Source: a candidate division FCPU426 bacterium (lineage in GTDB: Bacteria > Oederibacteriota > Muellerivitia > Muellerivitales > Muellerivitaceae). From it: 64,000 nt of DNA. Below, in pieces: positions 9,386 to 17,325 of the stretch (position 1 is its first letter; each line of letters begins with the position of its first letter). Position numbers and translations under genes: made by a program. Below the pieces are notes generated by a model. It worked only from the letters and a program-made list of their open reading frames with translations, did no database searches and was not told the origin of the DNA. The DNA lies in NCBI GenBank assembly GCA_003152075.1, contig PLZG01000064.1, positions 31 through 64,030 on the forward strand, written 5' to 3'.

Positions 9386-11944
9386 ATGAGATGGTTTAAG
9401 CGGGCCGAACTGAACTTTATAAGGTTTCAAAGTCCCAATTGGTGGGTCGTTTTGGGTTTTCTGGGCTTAACCGGCCCGGTCATGGCTCAATGCGATAAAC
9501 GGATCGTCGCCTATTACGCCTATTGGGACCAGCCGGCCTATACTTCGGCCAACCTACCCATGAATGAGGTAACCCATATCGAGCATGCCTTCATCAGCCT
9601 GGATACGACGAAAAATGACGGAACCCTTTCGGTTGCTCCCGCTTTTCTGGAGCCGGCCCTCATCGCCAGGGCCCACGCGGCGGGGGTGAAGGTTCTGGTA
9701 TCAGTGGGAGGCAGTGGTGCCGCCCAAGGAACGGCCTTTGAGCTGGTTTCGGCCCGCGCCGCGGGTCGGGTCAATTTCGCCAATAACCTTTACAACTTCT
9801 GCAAGACCAACGGCTATGACGGCGTGGATATTGACTACGAATTTCCACTCAACACGACAGACGAAAGCAATCTTACCCTCATGATGCAGGCCATTCGATC
9901 CGTTCTTCCTGCTCCCACATGGCTCATTTCCATGGCGACGAGCGCCATGGGCAACAATACCTGGAATGGCGCCTACTTTATGAATTTAAACGCGTTGGAG
10001 GGCATCGTGGATTTCTTCAACGTGATGGACTACGATTTTTACGGCGGGTGGGATACCAACAGCGGGCACTTAGCCCCGCAATATCAAAATCCCGCTGATC
10101 CGCAACAGGCGGGGAGCTTCAAAACATCCCTCGATTGGTACCTGGTCACGGCGGGTATTACCCCCTCCAAAATTAACGCGGGCATGCCTTTTTACGCGGA
10201 TGAATTCACGTCCGTCAACGCCCTTTGGAAAAATTGCGGGGGCGGTTGTCCTGTGGTGAATCAGGCTTATGGCACATTCGTTAAACCCCGGCTCAACGCC
10301 ATGGGCTATACCGTCCAATGGGATTCCTCGGCCCAGGCCAATTACTTGACGGGCTCCGACTTTATCACTTATGACAGCGTTACCACCGTGGCCAATAAGA
10401 CCACTTACGCTTTGGGAACCCGCGGTGTCGGCGGGGTGATGATCTGGGAAATATCACAAGATTACGATGGAGCCTCACAGGATTTGCTCACGGCAACGTA
10501 TAACGCTTATGTCGCGCAATGTCCCATCAATACGCCAACCTATACGTTCACGAATACGCCAACGAATACTCCTGTCCCGCCAACGTCCACTTTTACCCTT
10601 ACCCTGACCCGAACCAACACTTCGACGAATACATTCACGAATACGCCTGTGCCGCCGACCAAAACCTTTAACTCCACCTTCACCAATACTCAAGTCCCAC
10701 CTACCAATACCCCAACATTCACGTCCACCTCTACCAATACGGGAACACCCACCTTTACCCGGACGAACACCTCGACCAACACAGCCACCTCCACCAACAC
10801 CCCGGTCAACACTTTCACAGCAACTTCAACCGCCTCCAATACCGGAACCCCAACCTTCACCCAAACGAACACCTTGACCAATACCAATTCGGCCACTTTC
10901 ACCAACACGCCGACTTCAACGCTGACTTTTACCCGAACCTCCACGAACACCCCTACCAATACTGGAACCTCCACCAATACCCCGGTGAATACCTTTACGT
11001 TCACTTCAACTTCCACCAATACGGGAACACCCACCTTTACCCGAACGAACACCTCGACCAACACAGCTACCTCCACCAACACCCCGGTCAACACTTTCAC
11101 GGCTACTTCAACCGCCACCCATACCGGAACCCCAACCTTCACCCAAACGAACACCCCGACCAATACCAATACGGCCACTTTCACCAGCACGCTGACTTCA
11201 ACGCCGACTTTTACCCGGACCTCCACGAGCACCCCTACCAATACTGGAACCTCCACCAATACCCCGACAGGAACCGTTCCTCCGACCAATACCCCCACTT
11301 CAACGGGAACGTCCACCCATACTTCAACTTCCACCAACACTCCCACGCGGACCAATACGCCTACGAATACCTTCACTCCGACATCCACCTCTACTTTGAC
11401 CTTTACCAATACCTTCACCCGGACGAACACCTCCACCAACACCCCGATGAATACCTTTACGGCCACTTCGACTCCAACCAATACTCATACCCGGACTTCC
11501 ACGAGCACTTCGACCAATACCCCCACTCATACGATGACTCCAACATCAACCTCGACGAACACCCCGACGGTTACTTCCACTTATTCGAAGACAAACACGC
11601 CTACGGAAACATCAACCAACACCCCCTCGGTTACAGAAACTTATACTCCGACACTTTCCTCAGTTGTTGTGATCTCACCACCTTTTCCCAATCCGTCGAA
11701 TGGGTCGCCCATTACGTTTAAAATCCAGGTGCCGGGTGAATCAACGGTGACGTTGGATGTGTTTACTTTGGCTTTCCGGAAGATATACGGCGAAACGACC
11801 CAGGCGGATGGTCCCCTGACGCTTCAGTGGGATTTAAAGGATGTTTCGGGGGTACGGGTGGCGAATGGGGTTTATTACGTTCGTATCCAAGTCGTGGGCA
11901 GCCAATCGACGACAAAAATTTATAAAGTACTCATCCTGAGATAA
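9386..11944 (+). CDS. Secreted GH18 chitinase + Thr-rich linker + C-terminal Ig-like domain
   Basis: SVGG and DGVDIDYE (DxxDxDxE), VMDYD, GGVMIWE; start uncertain (9350 or 9386). Confidence 0.92.
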   Translation: MRWFKRAELNFIRFQSPNWWVVLGFLGLTGPVMAQCDKRIVAYYAYWDQPAYTSANLPMNEVTHIEHAFISLDTTKNDGTLSVAPAFLEPALIARAHAAGVKVLVSVGGSGAAQGTAFELVSARAAGRVNFANNLYNFCKTNGYDGVDIDYEFPLNTTDESNLTLMMQAIRSVLPAPTWLISMATSAMGNNTWNGAYFMNLNALEGIVDFFNVMDYDFYGGWDTNSGHLAPQYQNPADPQQAGSFKTSLDWYLVTAGITPSKINAGMPFYADEFTSVNALWKNCGGGCPVVNQAYGTFVKPRLNAMGYTVQWDSSAQANYLTGSDFITYDSVTTVANKTTYALGTRGVGGVMIWEISQDYDGASQDLLTATYNAYVAQCPINTPTYTFTNTPTNTPVPPTSTFTLTLTRTNTSTNTFTNTPVPPTKTFNSTFTNTQVPPTNTPTFTSTSTNTGTPTFTRTNTSTNTATSTNTPVNTFTATSTASNTGTPTFTQTNTLTNTNSATFTNTPTSTLTFTRTSTNTPTNTGTSTNTPVNTFTFTSTSTNTGTPTFTRTNTSTNTATSTNTPVNTFTATSTATHTGTPTFTQTNTPTNTNTATFTSTLTSTPTFTRTSTSTPTNTGTSTNTPTGTVPPTNTPTSTGTSTHTSTSTNTPTRTNTPTNTFTPTSTSTLTFTNTFTRTNTSTNTPMNTFTATSTPTNTHTRTSTSTSTNTPTHTMTPTSTSTNTPTVTSTYSKTNTPTETSTNTPSVTETYTPTLSSVVVISPPFPNPSNGSPITFKIQVPGESTVTLDVFTLAFRKIYGETTQADGPLTLQWDLKDVSGVRVANGVYYVRIQVVGSQSTTKIYKVLILR

Positions 11945-12072
11945 AATTTGCCTGGAAAAAATTGAGCACTGTTTGCCCACGACGGGGACCCTTCATGAAC
12001 AACCACCTGCCGCGAGGCTTCCAGCCGAACGGCGAGTATTGGTTGCGCCAACTGTTGAATAAACAGTTGACG

Positions 12073-12342
12073 TTAAAATTTCAAAAACTTTTTGGCCGCC
12101 TCACCCGCCACGTCCCCGACGAATTTGGCTACCCCATCGTCCTTCTTGGAGGATGGATCGGCGGAAACCTTTGACGACCCACCGCTAGTAACCGAAGCCG
12201 AACTTTTGGAGGCGGTGGACTCAGGACGAACGCTTTTAACTGAGGTGTCGACCTTTGGGGATTGTTTTGGGGCTTCCTGGACCACCTTCACAACTTGGCT
12301 TTGAGAGGTACTTGGAGAACTCGGCGCAGGGGCGCTTTGCAA
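12073..12342 (-). pseudogene. Probable 3' remnant (or small ORF) of a Ser/Pro-rich protein
   Basis: Protein-like tail ...KDDGVAKFVGDVAGEAAKKFLKF* followed by hairpin CAACTGTT-GAATA-AACAGTTG (~12049-12069); TTG start has no clear RBS. Confidence 0.35.
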
Positions 12343-12406
12343 AATCGGGGTCAGGTCTTGAATATGGCAGTCCGAATTTCCTTTCCGCGATCAAGCCCAT
12401 TTCGAG

Positions 12407-13708
12407 TTACCCAATGCTGGCCTTTGGAATATCACTCCACCGGGTCGTGTAGTGGGGACTTTGCTTTTCAAACTTCGTCAGCCATCTCTGATTAATGCCC
12501 ACTGAAGCCATACGAAGTGTCCCGCGGCCTCTTTCGTCGTTGATTCGGTCCATTATTTTTAATAGCTTTGGCCTCTTTTCCATATCCGGCCTGACCCAGA
12601 TATGGCCTTGGACGCAATTTTCCGGATCCACCTTCGTTGCCCAAACCCCGATGCGCTTATAGCCGAAACCGGGTTTATAAAGCCGTTCTACCGCCCATTC
12701 CACGGCGCGGATAAGTTCCGAAGTGTCTTGGGTGGCCACCGGAAAAACAATAGGCAAGAGGTCGCTGTACTGGGGGCCGTCGCTAAAGGGGTTGGTCTGG
12801 ATCCAGACGTTCATTTCCTTGATGGCCAGCTTTTCCTTGTGGGCCTTGGCCGCTTCCTCCGAGCCCTTGAAGAAGGCGGCTTCCAGCATTTCCTCCCGGC
12901 TTTCCACCAGAAGGCTGAAACCCTGGGCGATGCCCAACTGCTTCTTGGGCGGGGCAACCCATTCCAGGGGCAGGCAGGGAACGCCCTTAAGTTCCATCTG
13001 AATCCTGGCCCCCACCACCGTCATTTTCTTGCGCACCCAATGTTCCTCGGCCTTAGTGAAATCCAGCGCCGTGTGGATGCCGGCGGCGTGGAGCATGTTC
13101 TGGTAGGCCTCTCCCACGCCCCAAAGGTCGCCCACGTCGGTAATGGCCAGGGCTTTTTCCAGGTGCGGGGATTGGTAAAGGTTCAATACACCTTTGGCTC
13201 TCTTGGATTTTTTGCCGATCTTGTTGGCCAGCTTGGAGAGGCATTTGGTTTCCGAAATGCCCACGGTGACGGAGATACCGGTCCAATCCTCCACCCGGCG
13301 CTTGATGGCCCGGCCATAGTCCAAAAGCTCCCCGGGCTTCTTATGGGAAAGGTCCAGGAAGCATTCGTCGATGGAATATTTCTCGATGCCGGCGAATTGG
13401 GCCAGCACTTCCCGGACCCGGTCGCACATGTCGAAATAAAGGGCGTAGTTGGAGGAGATGACGACAACCTTATGTTTTTGGATAAGGTCTTCGACCTTGA
13501 AAAGGGGAGAGCCCATTTTGACGCCCAAGGACTTGGCCTCGTTGGAACGGGAAATGATGATGCCGTCGTTGTTGGAAAGCACCACCACGGGTTTCTTTCT
13601 AAGGTCAGGCCTGAAGCGGCGCTCGCAGGAAACGTAGAAGTTGTTGCAGTCCACCAGAGCCACGGCGCCTCGACGCCGTGACTCACGGTTTGGTTGTGCC
13701 GATTCCAT
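12407..13708 (-). CDS. umuC: Y-family DNA polymerase V catalytic subunit
   Basis: ALVDCNNFYVSCER, VVVLSNNDG, SSNYALY, YSIDE, C-terminal SPHYTTRWSDI. Confidence 0.95.
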   Translation of the reverse strand: MESAQPNRESRRRGAVALVDCNNFYVSCERRFRPDLRKKPVVVLSNNDGIIISRSNEAKSLGVKMGSPLFKVEDLIQKHKVVVISSNYALYFDMCDRVREVLAQFAGIEKYSIDECFLDLSHKKPGELLDYGRAIKRRVEDWTGISVTVGISETKCLSKLANKIGKKSKRAKGVLNLYQSPHLEKALAITDVGDLWGVGEAYQNMLHAAGIHTALDFTKAEEHWVRKKMTVVGARIQMELKGVPCLPLEWVAPPKKQLGIAQGFSLLVESREEMLEAAFFKGSEEAAKAHKEKLAIKEMNVWIQTNPFSDGPQYSDLLPIVFPVATQDTSELIRAVEWAVERLYKPGFGYKRIGVWATKVDPENCVQGHIWVRPDMEKRPKLLKIMDRINDERGRGTLRMASVGINQRWLTKFEKQSPHYTTRWSDIPKASIG

Positions 13709-13744
13709 AGGGGAATCGGCGCCTAAGGCGACGACAGAATGCAT

Positions 13745-14016
13745 AAGAACCTCACATAAAACCTATTGAACCAACATCCTCTTACGAGGATGATCGCCAC
13801 AAAGGGCACCAAGAACACCGGAAGACAAAGTTTTGGTTTAAGAACCGCTAACAAAAACCTGTTGAACCACCAAGTACACCAATGGCACCAAGAAGGACAA
13901 AACAAAACATTTTAGGTTTACCTCACTTGACATATCTAATCTTTCGCCGTCTTGGTGCCCTTGGTGTACTTGGTGGTTAAACCGCCTTCGTTTTTCTTGT
14001 GCTCTTGGCGGTTCAC
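13745..14016. repeat. REP-like repeat cluster downstream of the GxxExxY gene
   Basis: AACCACCAAGTACACCAA at 13865-13882 and its exact reverse complement at 13961-13978; related units at ~13797 and ~13995; TAAGAACC..A.AAAACCT.TTGAACCA repeated at ~13745 and ~13839. Confidence 0.85.
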
Positions 14017-14023
14017 CCCCCAT

Positions 14024-14416
14024 TTATAGGGCAATTCTTTTGATGCCTTTTTTGAAAATGAGAACATTAAAGTTAATGAGGAAGCCCAGTCTTTTGTTAG
14101 CAAGCTTCAAGTAAGTTAAAATTTGAGGTTCATGTACCGGAAGGAACGATTCGACGGCCTTTATTTCGAGAATGATATTGTCCTCAACGATAGCATCCGC
14201 TCGAAAACCAACTGGTATTTCCATACCTTCATACATCAAGGGAATCGCGACTTGCCGTTCGACTTTTAATCCACGTTGGCTCAATTCATGAACCAAACAG
14301 AGCTCATAAGCATTTTCAAGCAACCCCGGACCAAGGGCCTTACGAACCTTAAAAGCCGCGTCTACAACCTGGTTGGCGACCTTATCTAATTCAGGATCGA
14401 TCTTCTCAAATTCCAT
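14024..14416 (-). CDS. GxxExxY protein (PD-(D/E)XK-like)
   Basis: LGPGLLENAYE, RADAIVED.IILEIK, QILTYLK, GFLINFN; RBS AAGGAGG before ATG 14416. Confidence 0.93.
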   Translation of the reverse strand: MEFEKIDPELDKVANQVVDAAFKVRKALGPGLLENAYELCLVHELSQRGLKVERQVAIPLMYEGMEIPVGFRADAIVEDNIILEIKAVESFLPVHEPQILTYLKLANKRLGFLINFNVLIFKKGIKRIAL

Positions 14417-14473
14417 CTCATCCTCCTTCAAAGATTTTTGATTACCAAGACGTAACCAGAATCATGGTACCTG

Positions 14474-14499
14474 CCTCTCTTGGTGTACTTGGTGGTTCA
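14474..14499. repeat. Third exact copy of the 18-mer, upstream of GxxExxY
   Basis: TTGGTGTACTTGGTGGTT at 14480-14497. Confidence 0.85.
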
Positions 14500-14513
14500 T
14501 ACTGCTTTTTGAC

Positions 14514-14942
14514 TTAAATGACGGCGAAGAAAGCGAAGGTCACCACCCCTATGACTTTCACCCCCTCGTCCTCGTCGATGGGGATGGGCTCGAAAGCCGG
14601 GTTTTCCGGCAAAAGATAGCCGCGGTTGTCCCGGTAGCCCAGGCGCTTGAGCGTGTTGCCGCCGTTCAAAGTGGCCACCACGACCTTGCCGATGCTAGGA
14701 ACGACGGAAGAATCCACCACCAGGAAATCCCCCGATTGGATACGCGCCCCCACCATGGATTCGCCCACGGCCTGCCAAACGCAGGTGGCTTCCGGATGGG
14801 GAACCATTTTCTTGAAAATATCCAGGCGCCTTTCCCGGTAGGTTTCCGGCGGGCCGGGCGTGCCGGCTTGCACGGGTGGCTCGACAAAGGACAGGATGAA
14901 AAACTTTAAAAGGCTGGAGGGTCCGATATATTCGGTTTCCAT
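14514..14942 (-). CDS. umuD: UmuD-like S24 autopeptidase
   Basis: VQAG cleavage site, GESM (Ser), TLKRL (Lys), no HTH; upstream of umuC. Confidence 0.88.
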   Translation of the reverse strand: METEYIGPSSLLKFFILSFVEPPVQAGTPGPPETYRERRLDIFKKMVPHPEATCVWQAVGESMVGARIQSGDFLVVDSSVVPSIGKVVVATLNGGNTLKRLGYRDNRGYLLPENPAFEPIPIDEDEGVKVIGVVTFAFFAVI

Positions 14943-14944
14943 TG

Positions 14945-15028
14945 TCACTTTCCTTTCTGAAACGAGATTGGTGAAGTGACCATCGCACCGCAAATCCTTG
15001 TTGGACTTTCAATTGAGTTGCGGGGCAT
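14945..15028 (-). CDS. Putative 27-aa upstream peptide (MPRNSIESPTRICGAMVTSPISFQKGK)
   Basis: AAGGAG RBS 7 nt before ATG; stop lies 2 nt before the umuD ATG. Confidence 0.35.
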   Translation of the reverse strand: MPRNSIESPTRICGAMVTSPISFQKGK

Positions 15029-15329
15029 GGTTATTCTCCTTGAGTGAAAAATAAATACGGAGTTCGGTTAGTCCCTGGGGTGGTTGAAAGGCTTCAACGG
15101 AGTTGTGGGACATGACAATAACTTAGCGATATAGGTTAAAGGTATACTCTTGTATCCCTCCTAATATTCGCTAAGGTCAAGTTTTTAAATTAGGCAGGTT
15201 TTACTTTGGGGGGATAATTGAGGTCGAGACGGTCATAAAAAAGTTGTAAAATCGGCCTGCCAAATAGGACTCATCACGGGGTGAACCATGAGGATGGCGT
15301 ACAAAATTTAATTATAGAAGAATGGAGGG

Positions 15330-16589
15330 GTGATGGAAGAGCAAGGGGTAAGGTTGTACCCGTACCGATGGGTGGTGCTCGCGGTATTCATGCTGATCAA
15401 TGTCATGGTCCAAGTGCTGTGGATCTGTTACGCGCCTATCGCGTCGCTGGCGGCCACCGCCTACGGGGTGAAGCGCGAGGACATCGATCTTCTGGCGAAC
15501 ATGTTCATGCTCATCTACATCGTTGTTTCGTTTCCGGCGGCGTGGGCGATCGATACCTACGGTTTCAAGAAAGCGGTCGGGTTCGGCGCCATACTGATGG
15601 GGGTTTTCGGACTACTTCGCGCGTTGTTTCCCACGAATTACACGATGGCGGTGGTTGGATCGATAGGAATATCGATCGGACAGCCCTTCCTTTTAAACGC
15701 CTTCACCAAATTTGCCGCGAATTGGTTTCCGCAAATACACCGGGCGACCATTACGGGCGTCATTTTCCTTGCCATGTTTTTAGGCATCGGGCTTGGGGAA
15801 GTGCTGGGGCCGGGATTGGTTTCCGCCTGCGGTTTTGCCGGTATGCAGCTCATCTATGGTATTGCCTCGGCGGTGTCGGCCCTGTTGTTCGTCGCGCTGG
15901 CTCGGTCTGAGCCGCCGACTCCCGCGAGCCCCCCGGGTGAGGAGGTTCGCGCGCTGGTGCTGGACAGCCTGAGGCAGATCCTGAAAAACAGGAGCGTCTA
16001 TATCCTCTCCCTCGCGCTGTTCCTGGCCAGCGGCATCGTGAACGGCGTGTTTACGCTGATCGACGGGCTCGGCAATGAGCTTTCGCTCACGGTGGACCAG
16101 GGCGTGCTGCTGACGGCTTTGTTGCTCCTCGGTGGAATCGTCGGCAGCCTGGTGATCCCCGCGGTTTCGGACGCCCTAGGACGCCGGAAGCTTGTGCTGA
16201 TCGTCGCGGTTTTCCTGGCCGTGCCTGCCACGCTTGGTTTGGTGTTCGGGAGAGGCCTCCCCTTCGAGATCATTTGCTTCTTGGTAATGGGCTTCGCGAT
16301 CACGGGCGTTACGCCGGTTGCCTATCAATACGGCGCCGAAATCACCTATCCAGCCCCCGAGGGTACGAGCAACGGGATTTTCGCCCTGGTCGTACAGGCG
16401 TCCGGCCTTCTGATTGTCCTGATGGACGCGTTTCGGGGAACGTTCCACAACTCCTACATCCCATCGTTTGTCGGCCTCGCGGTGTTACTGGGGGGGGCCG
16501 GTTTCCTCATGATATCGCTCTCAGAGTCCCCGAAGATGGCCCGGTCATCGGCAACCACCGAGTCGGAATCGGTATCCGACGCACTTTAG
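15330..16589 (+). CDS. MFS transporter
   Basis: About 12 hydrophobic segments; YPYRWVVL start, DTYGFK and SDALGRRK loop motifs. Confidence 0.9.
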   Translation: MMEEQGVRLYPYRWVVLAVFMLINVMVQVLWICYAPIASLAATAYGVKREDIDLLANMFMLIYIVVSFPAAWAIDTYGFKKAVGFGAILMGVFGLLRALFPTNYTMAVVGSIGISIGQPFLLNAFTKFAANWFPQIHRATITGVIFLAMFLGIGLGEVLGPGLVSACGFAGMQLIYGIASAVSALLFVALARSEPPTPASPPGEEVRALVLDSLRQILKNRSVYILSLALFLASGIVNGVFTLIDGLGNELSLTVDQGVLLTALLLLGGIVGSLVIPAVSDALGRRKLVLIVAVFLAVPATLGLVFGRGLPFEIICFLVMGFAITGVTPVAYQYGAEITYPAPEGTSNGIFALVVQASGLLIVLMDAFRGTFHNSYIPSFVGLAVLLGGAGFLMISLSESPKMARSSATTESESVSDAL

Positions 16590-16674
16590 CGAGACCCATG
16601 ACGCGCGAAAAAAGGGGCCTGGCCACCATTAACCTTTTTGAAATAATTTAGTTGTTCACGGCGGGGAGGTATTG

Positions 16675-17145
16675 ATGGAACAACATGACATCGTATTTCT
16701 GAAATCCTTCAGGGATTGGTTTGTTTCAATCTTCATGCTCCTGTTACCCCTGCCCCTATTCTGGTTTTTCTATCCCTGGTCTGGCTTTGAAAATGGAAAC
16801 AAGGTGTTGATTTATCCTTTGTTTATTGTTCTTTCCTTGTTTTTCTACGGTTTCTATAGAATTTTTTTGGTGCCCTATAGGCTTCAATTTCAAAATGAGG
16901 GGATTTTGGTTATAAAAAGCCTTCTTTTTCCAAAAGTCGTGGCAATCTCGGAAATACAATCGGTCCAGATCACCGAAAAAGAAGGGGGAAAGGGTTCAGT
17001 CCAAGCCCTTTATACGCTTCTTTTGAAAAACGGGGATCCTATTGAAATACCCTCATTAATCCAAATTGATTATTTTTTGGGAAAACTTTCCGCTCAAAAT
17101 CAACAAATCGAAATTAAAGATGAACGGTCGCATAAGAGGCTCTAA
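16675..17145 (+). CDS. Hypothetical membrane protein (2 TM + small soluble domain)
   Basis: RBS GGAGG; two hydrophobic helices; AT-rich. Confidence 0.65.
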   Translation: MEQHDIVFLKSFRDWFVSIFMLLLPLPLFWFFYPWSGFENGNKVLIYPLFIVLSLFFYGFYRIFLVPYRLQFQNEGILVIKSLLFPKVVAISEIQSVQITEKEGGKGSVQALYTLLLKNGDPIEIPSLIQIDYFLGKLSAQNQQIEIKDERSHKRL

Positions 17146-17293
17146 CAAAAATCCTTGGAACAATGACGTGCTTCGGACGCGCTGATGAACGCCGATGAAA
17201 AAAGCTTTAATCCCTTGTTTTCTTCAAATCTGCGCGTGCGTAGCACGTCTGCGTCCATCCTTGTTTGAATGCCGTTGAATGTTGTTAGAAGTT
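17135..17293 (+). mobile_element. MITE-like element, copy 1 (~159 bp)
   Basis: Imperfect terminal inverted repeats (AGAGGCTCTAACAAAA ... TTGTTAGAAGTT); close reverse-complement match to 50540-50689. Confidence 0.75.
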
Positions 17294-17325
17294 ATAAGAG
17301 GGTTTCTTAAGCTGTCGACTGTAGA

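Noticed and set aside
5140-11340. Diversity-generating retroelement (template/variable repeat pair)
   Set aside because: No reverse transcriptase in the window and mismatches are not adenine-specific
5151-11481. Long Val-rich minus-strand ORFs (e.g. 5151-5729, 10690-11481)
   Set aside because: Antisense shadows of ACN-rich Thr repeats
12602-13681. 359-aa plus-strand ORF opposite umuC, and similar ORFs opposite the 743-aa gene, clpB and the autotransporter
   Set aside because: Antisense frames kept open by GC-rich codon usage of well-supported genes
13745-14016. Repeat cluster as a mini-CRISPR
   Set aside because: Copies are in mixed orientation and irregularly spaced; REP-like
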